Shown here: one piece after another, positions 20,028 through 30,683 of the stretch
How the letters are laid out: each line of letters begins with the position of its first letter
Position numbering within the stretch: position 1 is the stretch's first letter
Assembly: GCA_050298595.1 (NCBI GenBank)
Contig: JBNKUM010000067.1
Span: 23,660 to 87,659 of the forward strand
Reading direction: 5' to 3'
From: Gammaproteobacteria bacterium
Lineage (GTDB): Bacteria > Pseudomonadota > Gammaproteobacteria > GCA-001735895
Length of the DNA: 64,000 nucleotides
Notes under the pieces: model-generated
The model's database searches: none
Told to the model about the DNA's origin: nothing
The model's input: the letters and a program-made list of their open reading frames with translations, nothing else
Translations under genes and position numbers: made by a program

Positions 20028-20651
20028 ACGCGGTCCTCTTTCAACATTATTTGGATATCCAGGAACTTCTGGTCTCGCAGGATCCAGCTCCTGGTACTCT
20101 GCAGATTATTTTTGTCATTTATGAGTAGCCTTCGTTTAGTAAATCTATATAAACTGATTGTGATTGATGCGATATGTAGGCAGGTTCAAGAACAAACGTA
20201 ACCCACCCCGTCTTTATCATTTTTTGCCCGATTCAAAGTGCTAAATGCTTTGAAATTGACACCATTACCAGGATTAATGGAATCTGCTTGCGTTGCGACG
20301 AGAAATGCCGTTGTAATGACGGTAACTTGATATGTATTCATCTTCTTTCCATAAGTACTATTGACACTTAGTTAACAGATATTGAATAGGCATACTCTAA
20401 CGTAAGAGACAAAAAACAATAAAAATGGTTGATCTAGCTTGATAGAATAAAAGTTGAGAAGCCGATATTCTAGCAACTCCTTATAACGTTTAACTGCATT
20501 AATTCAGAGCTGCTTATTCCGCGCGTGTTTTGATTAAAAAAAGTGTCATTTTTGTAGATGACAAGAATCAGGTACACATAAAGTTATTCTTTGAGTGATT
20601 CGAAGTGTACCTATCTAAATACTCAGTACATGTGAACGGCTGCTCCTGGCA

Positions 20652-22337
20652 CAGCCTGTGTGAAAACCCTACTTAGGAGTATAATAAGTCATTCAAATAG
20701 ACAGGTGAAACAATGACTGGATTCATTGAAGGCGTAGCCAGAATACAAGCCACCTTATTTCCTGAATTACTTGACGATTACATCAGCGAAGAAAATCCCG
20801 TTCGCGTTATTGATGCCTTTGTCGATAATCTTGACCTCGATAAATTGGGTTTCAAAACCTACCCAGCAATAACCGGTCGTCCTGGTTACCACCCATCCAG
20901 CATGCTCAAGCTGTTTATCTACGGTTACCTCAATCGTATCCAGTCTTCTCGTCGTTTAGAAAGGGAGTCGGGGCGTAATGTCGAGTTAATGTGGTTACTC
21001 GGTCGTCTATCTCCCGACTTTAAAACCATAGCTGACTTTAGAAAAGATAATGGTAAAGGCATTAAAAATACCTGTCGAACCTTTATCGATTTGTGCAGAC
21101 AATTAAATATGTTCACCGATGCTATTGTCGCCATTGATGGCAGTAAATTTAAAGCAGTCAATAGTAAAGAAAATAATTACACACCCAAGAAACTACAATT
21201 TCATATAGACCGGGTTGAGAAGCATATCGAAGACTATTTACAACAACTCGATACCGCTGACAGGGCAGAAAAACCAGAGACTGATGGCAGGTCTATCGAA
21301 GATAAAATCACCTGGCTTAAGAAAAGACTCGCTGAGTTAAAGGCACTGGAAGGTGAGGTGGACAATCATCCTGACAAACAACTATCAACAACGGATCCGG
21401 ACTCTCGATTAATGAAAACACAAGGGATGACCAGAGTGGTTTGTTACAATGTACAAACGGCCGTTGACCCCAAAAACCACCTGATTGTAGCCCATAAGGT
21501 AACGAATACACCTGATCGTGGACAACTCTGCGGTGTAGGTAAACTGGCTCAAGACGCACTGGATACTAAAGGGATCACTGTTATTGCTGACAAAGGTTAT
21601 TACAGTGGCCAGGATATCAAAGATGCTCAGGATGCGGGTATGACGGTACTTGTACCCAAAGGTGATACTTCTGGCAGCGAGAAAAAAGGCATATTTAACC
21701 GATCCCGGTTCGAATACGATGCAGAGCAAGATAGATATATTTGCCCCGCCAAACAAGAGTTATCCTATCGATTCACTTCGGTTGAGAAAGGACTATCGTT
21801 AAAGAAGTATTGGGCCTATGAACCCACTTGTAGGGCTTGCTCGATGAAACCACAATGCTCTAACAGTAATCAGGCTCGTAGAATCACTCGTTGGGTTCAT
21901 CAGGATAGATTGGATCAAATGGACAAGTTACTCTCTTCTCAGCCAGAGTGCATGCTCATCAGAAAGCAAACCGTTGAACACCCTTATGGCACGATTAAAT
22001 GCTGGATGGGATCAACTCATTTTTTAACGAGACAATTCAAAAATGTCAGCACCGAAATGAGTCTGCATGTTTTGGCTTACAATTTAAAACGCATGATGTC
22101 GTTATTTGGACAGGCTGGATTAGTCGCCGCAATGACAAAGGTATAGGGATTAATGGCCCATAGTAATTGCATCTATAAAATACGTCGATATGACGTGTTT
22201 ATTCTTTTGTGTAAGCCAGACAATTTTCTTATTCATAAAAAGGACTCTGAAAATAAGGAAGCTCAGGACTTAGCATAAGAAGTCTGAATAATGACTGGAG
22301 GACGAAATTATTAAGATAATAGTTTTTACACAGCCTG
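20652..22337 (+). mobile_element. IS1182-family insertion sequence, complete, with 4-bp target duplication GGCA
   Basis: IRL CAGCCTGTGTGAAAAC (from 20652) and IRR GTTTTTACACAGCCTG (to 22337); GGCA at 20648-51 and 22338-41. Confidence 0.85.
20713..22146 (+). CDS. IS1182-family DDE transposase
   Basis: GRPGYHP, SSRRLERE, PDFKTIADFR, AIDGSKF, ADKGYY, YICP...C..C..K.QC, RKQTVEHPYGTIK. Confidence 0.93.
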   Translation: MTGFIEGVARIQATLFPELLDDYISEENPVRVIDAFVDNLDLDKLGFKTYPAITGRPGYHPSSMLKLFIYGYLNRIQSSRRLERESGRNVELMWLLGRLSPDFKTIADFRKDNGKGIKNTCRTFIDLCRQLNMFTDAIVAIDGSKFKAVNSKENNYTPKKLQFHIDRVEKHIEDYLQQLDTADRAEKPETDGRSIEDKITWLKKRLAELKALEGEVDNHPDKQLSTTDPDSRLMKTQGMTRVVCYNVQTAVDPKNHLIVAHKVTNTPDRGQLCGVGKLAQDALDTKGITVIADKGYYSGQDIKDAQDAGMTVLVPKGDTSGSEKKGIFNRSRFEYDAEQDRYICPAKQELSYRFTSVEKGLSLKKYWAYEPTCRACSMKPQCSNSNQARRITRWVHQDRLDQMDKLLSSQPECMLIRKQTVEHPYGTIKCWMGSTHFLTRQFKNVSTEMSLHVLAYNLKRMMSLFGQAGLVAAMTKV

Positions 22338-22470
22338 GGCACATACCTCCCTTTGCACGGCACATCTTGAACGTCCTCAATTGCATCCCTGTCCCCCACC
22401 ACCGCCGGGGAGATACAAAATCAAACGCAGATGTGCAATCCAGGTATATTTATATCCCTAAACTATTGGC

Positions 22471-22522
22471 TTGACATTGGAGTAAACTGGAATAGTATAT
22501 CTGGATATCCGTATATGCGTAT
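22471..22522 (+). promoter_or_regulatory. sigma70 promoter and putative ArsR operator
   Basis: TTGACA (22471-76), 16 nt, TAGTAT (22493-98); overlapping inverted repeat ATATC-TG-GATAT. Confidence 0.5.
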
Positions 22523-22540
22523 TACCACAACAGATCTACT

Positions 22541-22882
22541 ATGAATGAATTCTTTAAAGTTCTGGCCGATGAGACAAGATTAAGGTGTCTGGCATTAATT
22601 TTTGAAAACGATGAGCTTTGTGTATGTGAATTAATACATGCGCTGGATCTACCGCAATCTAAAATATCGCGTCATTTATCCATCATCAAGTTGAATAATC
22701 TAATCACCCAGAGGCGTGAAGGTCAATGGGTGTTATATTCAAAAGAACCGACGTTATCAGACTTCAAGACAGGTTTGATCAAAATGACTATCGATGAGTT
22801 AAGTAAAACCAGCATCTTCAAGCAGGATAAGAAAAGATTAGCCACTATGAATAATCGACCAGCCTTGAGTTGCTGTAAGTAA
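22541..22882 (+). CDS. arsR: ArsR/SmtB family As(III)-responsive repressor
   Basis: FKVLADETRL, ELCVCEL metal site, QSKISRHL. Confidence 0.88.
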   Translation: MNEFFKVLADETRLRCLALIFENDELCVCELIHALDLPQSKISRHLSIIKLNNLITQRREGQWVLYSKEPTLSDFKTGLIKMTIDELSKTSIFKQDKKRLATMNNRPALSCCK

Positions 22883-23835
22883 TGTTTGAGTTATTAGCCG
22901 ACTTGATAGCCTACCAATTACTGGGCCTTTCGACAGAATCCCAGTTTGGACAGAGCATGCACTTTTTTGTTATGGATGTAACCAAAATCTTCTTCATGCT
23001 GATTGCAGTTATTTATGTGATGGGTTTATTTCGCTCCTTTGTTTCTGCGGAAAGAGTCAGGGATTATGTACGCGGAAAATCAAGCTTAGTCGCCAGGATT
23101 TTAGCAATATTTCTGGGAGCGATTACCCCTTTTTGCTCCTGTTCATCGGTTCCTTTATTTATCGGTTTTGTAGAAGCAGGTATACCGCTAGGCGTCACCT
23201 TTTCTTTTCTGATTGCCAGTCCGATGATTAATGAAATCGCGGTCGTGATGCTGTGGGGAATTGTCGGTTGGAAAATCACCGTGTTGTATGTAGTGTCGGG
23301 TATGTTCGCCGCATTTTTTGGCGGCATGGTGATGGAAAAATTCAAACCCGAAAGATGGGTTGAAGATTATGTGTGGAAAATCAAGGTGGGTGAGGCTGCA
23401 AGATTAGAGCAGGATAACTCACTCAAAGCGAGACATTATTATGCTTATGCACAGGTCGATGAAATTGTCACGCGTATCTGGAAGTGGGTAATCCTGGGGG
23501 TTGGTGCAGGAGCCTTATTTCATGGCTATTTTCCAGAAGCATGGGCTACAAACCTAAGCGATAGTAATAATTTCTTCGCGGTACCGATGGCAGTGCTTAT
23601 CGGCGTTCCGCTCTACTCGAATGCTGTTGGTGTTATCCCCTTAGCCGAAGCGATGTTGTTAAAAGGTGTTGCGATTGGAACAACGCTCAGTTTTATGATG
23701 AGTATTGCGGCCATATCATTGCCAGAATTATTGATTCTAAAGAAGGTCATAAAATGGCAGGCTCTGGCACTATTTACTGCTATAGTGGCTATATCAATTA
23801 TTTTAGTTGGCTGGTTTTTTAATATTATTCTGTGA
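22882..23835 (+). CDS. arsP: ArsP/DUF318 family permease
   Basis: TPFCSCSSVP, SFLIASPMINE; many TM helices; directly after arsR. Confidence 0.8.
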   Translation: MFELLADLIAYQLLGLSTESQFGQSMHFFVMDVTKIFFMLIAVIYVMGLFRSFVSAERVRDYVRGKSSLVARILAIFLGAITPFCSCSSVPLFIGFVEAGIPLGVTFSFLIASPMINEIAVVMLWGIVGWKITVLYVVSGMFAAFFGGMVMEKFKPERWVEDYVWKIKVGEAARLEQDNSLKARHYYAYAQVDEIVTRIWKWVILGVGAGALFHGYFPEAWATNLSDSNNFFAVPMAVLIGVPLYSNAVGVIPLAEAMLLKGVAIGTTLSFMMSIAAISLPELLILKKVIKWQALALFTAIVAISIILVGWFFNIIL

Positions 23836-23843
23836 GGTGAAAA

Positions 23844-24110
23844 ATGATAGAAGTTAAGGTTTTAGGTTCTGGTTGTGCTAATTGTAAAAACACACAAAAG
23901 TTGATCGAAGAGGTTACCGATGAAAATGGCATAGCCATAAACCTGCAGAAGGTAGAGGATATGGCTGAGATAATGTCGTATGGCATTATGTCAACGCCGG
24001 GTGTCATCGTTGATGGTAAAATAGCTCACGCAGGTGGCGTGCCAGATAAAAAAACAATCCTGTCCTGGTTTAAGGCATCCTGTTGCCCAGGTGATGATAA
24101 TTGCTGTTAG
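23844..24110 (+). CDS. Small redox-active disulfide (thioredoxin-like, MTH895-type) protein
   Basis: LGSGCANC, YGIMSTPG, DGKI...G.VP; extra CC pairs at the C-terminus. Confidence 0.85.
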   Translation: MIEVKVLGSGCANCKNTQKLIEEVTDENGIAINLQKVEDMAEIMSYGIMSTPGVIVDGKIAHAGGVPDKKTILSWFKASCCPGDDNCC

Positions 24111-24122
24111 TTAAAAAAATTT

Positions 24123-24240
24123 ACCACAGAGGGTTAAAAAAGGTGTTCTTAAAATTAAGGAACATTTCAAAATTCTGATAACTAGTGAATTTAAATGGCA
24201 ATATTACGCTAATAGCCCTTCTCTGTGTCCTCTCTGTGGT
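24123..24240. repeat. REP-like inverted pair (ACCACAGAG family)
   Basis: ACCACAGAGGG (24123-33) and CTCTGTGTCCTCTCTGTGGT (24221-40); same family at 43213-43268. Confidence 0.6.
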
Positions 24241-24251
24241 TTTAAAAGCTT

Positions 24252-26317
24252 TTATAGGTTGTTCCGTAACCCTTCAATAGCCAATTTAAACTCATTAATG
24301 TCAGTAACGGGTTCACGGCAGATCATGCCTTCGCAAAGATATGCTGATACCTGATCATTAATCGGTTTCTTATCATGGAATATGTCTGAAACTTCTGCCT
24401 GTTCGTCTACTGGAAAACACAGAACATCAGGCAGGTAATATTGGTTAACTATCTGCTGCCATTCCTTTATTGCCTTGTGCTCACCACGAAGAATGACAAT
24501 GGTAACAGAGTGAAGATGGATATCGACCGCATTAAGCATAGAGGCATAGGCTATTGGTTGTTTGGCCAGCTGTAAAGAAGCTGCGCTTATGGTTTTTTCT
24601 GCGACATCAAGATAACGGGGTTCAGTGCACAGATAACCCAGATAGTATAAAGCCTGAGCAGCAATCGCGTTGCCAGAAGGCATGGCATCATCATTAAATG
24701 TCTGGCTGCGCAGAATCAGGTTTTCATGGTCATTGCGGGTGAAATAAAACCACCACTTTTCTTATTGGCAAAATCATCGATTAGGCTATCTGCCAGTTCA
24801 ACACACCATGTAAATATATCTTTATCCCATTTTGCCTGTAGCGCTTCGATACAGCTGAGCAACAAGTAGGCGTAATCATCCAGATAGGCATTCAGATGAG
24901 CCTTGCCATCTTTCCAGGTTGCAAGCAATCGGCCATCATGCCAGATATATTGGCGCACAAAGTCGAGTGCGCGGAATGCAGATTTTGCATAGTCAGGACG
25001 ATTGAGTATACGTGCGGCAATCAACATGCCACGTATCATCAGCGCATTCCATGAGGTTAGTACCTTGTCATCGGTGCCAGGTTTGATACGCCGATTACGG
25101 TGTTCAAACAATTGATGACGCGAGCTTTCCAGTGATTCAATTATTTCAACTTCTTTCAGGCCGAATTTTTGACTGAGTTGTGTGTAGGTACGGTAGATGT
25201 GCGGATACCAGCTACCCTCAAAATTCGCTGGGCGATCCAGTCCGTAGGTTTTTATAAAAATATCAAACTCAAATTCGGATAGCAGGTGCTTAACCTCCTC
25301 TACCTGCCAGATATAATATTTACCTTCCTCACCTTCAGAATCTGCATCCTGTGAGGAATAGTAACCACCCGCAGGTGATTGCATTTCACGCATAAGCCAG
25401 TCAGCGGTTAGAGATATTGCCCGTTCATAATAGTGGTTTCGTCGTAGTTGATTAGCCCAGACATATATCGGCATCAACTGTCCATTGTCATAAAGCATTT
25501 TTTCAAAGTGCGGTATCATCCATTGATCGTCAGTAGAGTATCGACAGAAGCCGCCGCCAATCTGATCGAATAAACCACCCTGAGCCATTTTTTCTGCTGT
25601 AAATAAACCGGCCTCAAGTAAGTTAGCATAATCACTCCCATAGAGTGAAAACTGACGCAGACAGCGTTCAACAAAACAGGCATGTGGGAACTTGGGTCTA
25701 GGCGTAAAGCCGCCATCATCCGCATCGAATTGCTCCAGCAATTGTTGGGACATTACTGCAAAAATATTATCGCTTAACTCGGCCTGATGCTTCGCTGGTT
25801 GATTGATATGTTGCAGTTGTTCAAGTAACGACCGGTTTTGAAATTCGATATCGTTGCGTTTTGTATTATAGGCATTGTGCACAGCCTGAATAATGGACCT
25901 GAAAGATTGCATGCCATAACGTTCCTGCGGTGGAAAGTAGGTACCCGCAAGAAAAGGCGTCTGGTCATCTGGCATCAGGAACAGGGTTAGTGGCCAGCCA
26001 CCGCCGCGATGGGTTAATACTTGATGCGCCAGTTGATAGATCTTGTCCAGATCCGGGCGTTCTTCACGATCAACCTTGATATTGATGAAATACTCATTCA
26101 TCAATGCTGCTGTTTGTTCATCTTCGAAAGATTCATGCGCCATCACATGGCACCAGTGGCAGGCGGAATAACCAATGGATAATAGTACAGGCTTATCCTG
26201 TTCTAGAGCTAGTCTTAAGGCTTCATCTCCCCAGGGGTGCCAGTCCACAGGATTGTGTTTGTGCTGTAAAAGATAAGGACTGGTTTCATCGGCCAGTCGG
26301 TTTTCATGCGTATTCAT
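24252..26317 (-). pseudogene. YyaL/DUF255 thioredoxin-domain plus (alpha/alpha)6-barrel protein, split by a 1-nt frameshift
   Basis: [36 protein letters not shown]; adding one base to the A4 run at 24746-49 restores GGFYFT.NDHE.LI.R...DDAMPSGN. Confidence 0.82.
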
Positions 26318-26815
26318 GATTCAGTTTCATCCGCAGGGCCTGAACTGGAACCTTGCTGTGACTTTAAAGTTTCAGTGTGTCTTCCTGGAGGTGGCGTCCA
26401 GCCTCGTTCGCTACCATCATGAAACTGATTGTGATCTTTTTCTAGCAGGCCGCTCAATGTGTCCATATGCTCTCTGCTATGGGAAAGAAAATCATGTTCT
26501 TTGAGACCTCTTCGTGTTCATCCTAAAGTTCATACAGATGTTCTATGCCATGATAGTCGTGTTCGTGAAACGCCATGACCATTTTCTCCACCTTAGAAGG
26601 GGTAATCCGAGAAGTTTTAAAGCCAGCGGTCCTGTTTCAACAAGGCTATCAAATAGTTCTCGAAACGCATAATCAACGCTGGCTTTTTTAGTAAATAAAG
26701 ATGCCCTACATCAAAGGCTCTGGCGAGAACCTTTATGTGAGGGTGATGTCGTTTTACATGCTCAAGCAGTTCTACAGCACGATCTTTGTCATCTATGGCA
26801 ACAATAAGCGATAAT
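26314..26815 (-). pseudogene. 3' relic of a KefB/KefC-type K+/H+ antiporter (KTN/TrkA-N tail)
   Basis: IVAIDD, HPHIKVLARAFD, ASVDYAFRELFDS, ERGWTPP read across several frameshifts and a TAG at 26523-25; transporter domain absent. Confidence 0.65.
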
Positions 26816-27149
26816 GTTTTACCTGGTTCTACTGAGATTACGTGATATAGAGCAATTATCGTTTTCCCTGGTTGATGAATTTTGATTCTATACCGACATA
26901 CCAGCCTCAACAAAAACAGTGCGGTTAAACCGCGCCACAGTTCGGACATATAATCTATCCATCAGTTAAAAATTGGTAAATCATGCTAGTCCTGGGGACA
27001 AAAATCGATTTGAGAGCAGGATAAAGGTAAAAAAGTATTAATTTGCAGTAAAAATAGTAAATATTTCTACTTTTGTTGTTTATTAACAGGAGTATAAGGA
27101 ACGAAAAACATAAAACAAACATGGCAGGCATTTGGCTAGGGAGATCGCA

Positions 27150-27611
27150 ATGTTACGTTTAACAGGCTTTATTCTTCTATTTCTGACTTTCAACACATGT
27201 TTCGCAGACAGGTTGTGTGACACGGGATGCCGTCTGGATATAGACTTTCCAACAGGCGGGGATATACAGGCAGTTAATGATCTGACCATTGTTTTTGGGC
27301 AGTCGGGTCTGATAAATACTGTTGCTACCACTGTAGGCTTCGTTAACAGGGATAGTCTGGTTTTACACGCTGGCGAACGACTTTTGTTTTTACCGGGTGG
27401 CAGCTTCAACCTTGGGGAAGGCGGAAATCTGGATTATTCACAGTTAATCATTCAAAGCGATGGCGAAATTCAGTTATCAGCGATAGGTGGAACAAGAACA
27501 CTCTTCATATCGGCTGGTTCAAGTTTTATCTTATCAGGAAAGGCGAGAATTGAATTTGATGCATATAACCTCATTCTTGATGGAATCCTGACCCGTGTCG
27601 ACAAAGAATAG
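27150..27611 (+). CDS. Hypothetical secreted beta-rich protein
   Basis: GGGAG RBS, signal peptide MLRLTGFILLFLTFNTCFA, Gly/beta-strand-rich body. Confidence 0.6.
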   Translation: MLRLTGFILLFLTFNTCFADRLCDTGCRLDIDFPTGGDIQAVNDLTIVFGQSGLINTVATTVGFVNRDSLVLHAGERLLFLPGGSFNLGEGGNLDYSQLIIQSDGEIQLSAIGGTRTLFISAGSSFILSGKARIEFDAYNLILDGILTRVDKE

Positions 27612-27736
27612 AGGTCACAATAAAGTAGTTACCGATATAGGATATGGAATGTAGTAATAAGTCGCAGCGCTTATCTTAAAAATTAGCCTTTATACATTTC
27701 GCGACAACACTTTTTATACAGCAGGAGTTACCACTG

Positions 27737-28150
27737 ATGAATCTATTCGCGTATGGGACATTGATGGATGAGGCCATTATGCACAATGTCTGTGGTGAGC
27801 GGTTTCAATCACGAGTGGCTACTTTATCAGGCTATATGCGCAAAAAACTATGCGGTGAGGTTTATCCAGGGATTATTAGGCAGGCCGATTCAAAGGTTAA
27901 AGGGCGGGTATATCTTGATGTGACCGCGCAGGCTTTGCAGTATCTAGACCAGTTTGAAGGTTCGTTTTATCAAAGACAGCTCGTGTCAGCTGTTTTTGAT
28001 GATGGCGCAAGCATGGAGGTTGAAACTTATGTGCTAACCAAAAGCTGTGCCAAACTGCTATCTGCGGAAGACTGGAGCCTGGAAGAGTTTCTAAACCGTG
28101 ATAAGCCACTATTTGTGGATAAATATGGCGGTTATGAAAAGCTGGTTTAA
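27737..28150 (+). CDS. Gamma-glutamylcyclotransferase (AIG2-like) family protein
   Basis: LFAYGTLM, YPGI, LDQFEG..YQR. Confidence 0.88.
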   Translation: MNLFAYGTLMDEAIMHNVCGERFQSRVATLSGYMRKKLCGEVYPGIIRQADSKVKGRVYLDVTAQALQYLDQFEGSFYQRQLVSAVFDDGASMEVETYVLTKSCAKLLSAEDWSLEEFLNRDKPLFVDKYGGYEKLV

Positions 28151-28231
28151 ACACAAAAACAAGCACCTTTAGGCTGAAGGCTAAACTGACCAGGCTATTT
28201 ATCTTAGTGTAATAAAGTCCTTACAAATAAC

Positions 28232-28266
28232 TTGCTAAAATCAGAATTTATCCTAGAATTCGCGCC
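28232..28266 (+). promoter_or_regulatory. sigma70 promoter with GC-rich discriminator for the polyamine operon
   Basis: TTGCTA, 16 nt, TAGAAT, then TCGCGCC. Confidence 0.5.
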
Positions 28267-28366
28267 ACTTTAATATCCATCGAGGATTTATGTTATTTCG
28301 CTAACCGTGCGCTAATTCAAAACAGCGCCGGAACTATTTTTTCTGACGTTATTTTGAGGCTCTTTA

Positions 28367-28669
28367 GTGGAACACTTAACTTCTCAGGCACTGGATCGTG
28401 TGATCCAGATGTTGATTCATCTCTCAATTCCTGCCATCGCCTACTCAGCTGATGATGAATTTGAGAATCATTTCATGACACACAATGGTATCGAATATGC
28501 TGGTATTCCTATCAGTGTGCCTGGCTTACCGGAACACAACTACGCGGCTTTCGATGCGTTTACTTGTACAGATGGCTGTCCAGAGACAGTGCTGCCCGTA
28601 TTAAAACCACCTTTCTTCCCTCGGAGCATGGAAGTCACCGAGCAGCCACGTGGTATTATCCGAGATTAA
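28367..28669 (+). pseudogene. speD: S-adenosylmethionine decarboxylase (SpeD/SpeH) derivative with an in-frame internal deletion
   Basis: N-part [13 protein letters not shown] joined directly to [21 protein letters not shown]...EVTEQPRG (degenerate SHISIHTWPE..YAA.D.F.CG); directly upstream of speE. Confidence 0.72.
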
Positions 28670-28686
28670 AATTGGAGAATAGACCT

Positions 28687-29541
28687 ATGAAAGAATTCGA
28701 AGAAACTTTGTACGATGCACTGGCACAGACCTTTCGTATCGATAAGCTGTATTTTGAACATAAAACCGATCATCAGCATCTGATGATTTTCCACAATGCT
28801 TTTCTTGGTCGTGTGATGACCCTGGACGGAGTAGTTCAAACTACGGAAAAAGATGAGTTTTTCTATCATGAAATGCTGACACATGTGCCTGTTCTGGCGC
28901 ATGGTAATGTAAAAAAGGTATTGATTATTGGTGGTGGTGATGGCGGCATGCTGCGAGAAGTGTTAAAGCATGCATCTGTGGAGCAGGTTACTATGGTCGA
29001 GATTGATGACAAAGTAATCGAGATGGCGAAACAGTATTTACCCAACCACTCAGCCGGTGCATTTGACGATGCGCGAGCTAACATTGTGATTGCCGACGGT
29101 ATAGATTTTGTGCGGAATACTGACGAATGTTTTGATGTCATTATCTCTGACAGCACCGACCCTGTGGGTCCTGGTGAAGTACTGTTTACGGATAATTTTT
29201 ATTCCGCCTGTCAGAAAATCCTGAATTCAGGTGGCGTTATGGTGACACAAAATGGCGTTCCTTTTTTTCAAATGGATGAATTAATTAATACGCAGAAGCG
29301 TATGGGCGCACAATTTAAGGATCAAACCTTTTATAGCGCCGCAGTACCTACCTATTACGGTGGGATTATGACATTCGCCTGGGGTAGCGATGATGAAACA
29401 CTGAGACAGCAGGATATCAGTGTTCTTCAACAGCGGTTTATTGATAGCGGTATTAAAACCCGTTACTACACACCGCAAATTCATCAGGCATCTTTTGCTT
29501 TACCAGCATATGTACTGGATAAACTGGAGAAAAACAGTTAG
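28687..29541 (+). CDS. speE: Polyamine aminopropyltransferase (spermidine synthase)
   Basis: [35 protein letters not shown]; start at ATG 28687 after GGAG. Confidence 0.92.
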   Translation: MKEFEETLYDALAQTFRIDKLYFEHKTDHQHLMIFHNAFLGRVMTLDGVVQTTEKDEFFYHEMLTHVPVLAHGNVKKVLIIGGGDGGMLREVLKHASVEQVTMVEIDDKVIEMAKQYLPNHSAGAFDDARANIVIADGIDFVRNTDECFDVIISDSTDPVGPGEVLFTDNFYSACQKILNSGGVMVTQNGVPFFQMDELINTQKRMGAQFKDQTFYSAAVPTYYGGIMTFAWGSDDETLRQQDISVLQQRFIDSGIKTRYYTPQIHQASFALPAYVLDKLEKNS

Positions 29542-30683
29542 TGAACAAACGCTCTGTCAGATATGGTGCCAGTCCCGAAGAGAATGAATATTTCCAGGGG
29601 CTAGTGTCAAAGTATGGTTCTCCTTTATTGGTCATCAGTCGTAGTAAACTGATTCAACAGTATCAGAGTCTTAAAAACTACCTGCCCGGCGTGTCGCTAT
29701 ATTACGCCATCAAGGCTTTTCCTCACCCTGATGTGATTCGAATTCTGGCTGAACAGGGGTGTAATTTTGATGTGGCTTCAGAAGGCGAGATTGAGTTACT
29801 TAAGCCACAGCAAATCAGTGGTCGCAAAACTATCCATACTCATCCTATTAAGAAGGAAGCTCATATCAAGGCAGCATTGCGTGGCGGCTCAACCACTTTT
29901 GTAGTGGATAATATTGATGAACTGAAAAAAATGATTCCATTTCGACAGCGAGTCGGTGTACTACTACGAGTTAGTTTTCGCAGTGATACCGCGAGTGTCG
30001 ATCTATCGCGCAAGTTTGGTTGTAGCCCCGCCCAGGTCAGGGATCTGGTATTAGAGGCACAACAGTATGATATTCATATACGTGGACTGTCATTCCATGT
30101 AGGCTCACAGAGCCTGTCTTCAAATACGCATGTCGATGCGATTCAAAAATGTGCACAACTCATTGAAGAGATTAACGAAGATATTCCGAACCCGATGAAT
30201 GTACTGGATATAGGCGGAGGTTTTCCAGTGGATTATGCTCAGGAAAATCCAGATCTGGAAGGATTCTTTAAGCCGATTCAACAGGCACTGTCTGAACTGC
30301 CAGATTATCTGGACATTATCGCTGAGCCCGGACGTTATCTGGTGGCACCTGCAGTAACCGGCATCAGCAGTGTCACCGGTATCGCCAGGCGAGGGGAGTA
30401 TATGTGGTATTACCTGGACGACGGTGTATATGGTTCTTATAGTGGGCAATTGTTTGACCATGTTCTGTACCCCCTGCAAATTCCGAATGATGCCGAACCA
30501 CGCACTCTATCAATTCTATCTGGACCAACCTGCGACAGCATCGATATCATCTCCGAAGATATCATGCTGCCCGACCTGCGCGAAGGCGAACTGGTTATAG
30601 GCCACATGATGGGCGCCTATTCGGCAGCCACATCGACGCATTTTAATTCATTGTCGGGTGCCAGGATTATTCTTGAGGACTAG
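29541..30683 (+). CDS. Type III PLP (alanine-racemase fold) ornithine/lysine decarboxylase
   Basis: YYAIKA (PLP Lys), FDVASEGE, SFHVGSQ, DIGGGF, EPGRY, GPTCDSID, GAYS. Confidence 0.87.
   Translation: MNKRSVRYGASPEENEYFQGLVSKYGSPLLVISRSKLIQQYQSLKNYLPGVSLYYAIKAFPHPDVIRILAEQGCNFDVASEGEIELLKPQQISGRKTIHTHPIKKEAHIKAALRGGSTTFVVDNIDELKKMIPFRQRVGVLLRVSFRSDTASVDLSRKFGCSPAQVRDLVLEAQQYDIHIRGLSFHVGSQSLSSNTHVDAIQKCAQLIEEINEDIPNPMNVLDIGGGFPVDYAQENPDLEGFFKPIQQALSELPDYLDIIAEPGRYLVAPAVTGISSVTGIARRGEYMWYYLDDGVYGSYSGQLFDHVLYPLQIPNDAEPRTLSILSGPTCDSIDIISEDIMLPDLREGELVIGHMMGAYSAATSTHFNSLSGARIILED

Noticed and set aside
20185-20341. About 51-codon minus-strand ORF (MNTYQVTV...)
   Set aside because: No recognisable motif or clear RBS; cannot be supported
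28270-28345. SAM riboswitch or MLFR uORF attenuator before speD
   Set aside because: No SAM-II/V consensus, RBS-ATG spacing only 3 nt, hairpin only 5 bp
28564-28686. N-terminal extension of SpeE (325-aa ORF) or a speD-speE frameshift fusion
   Set aside because: Overlaps the speD remnant in another frame; good RBS at ATG 28687 and no slippery site evident
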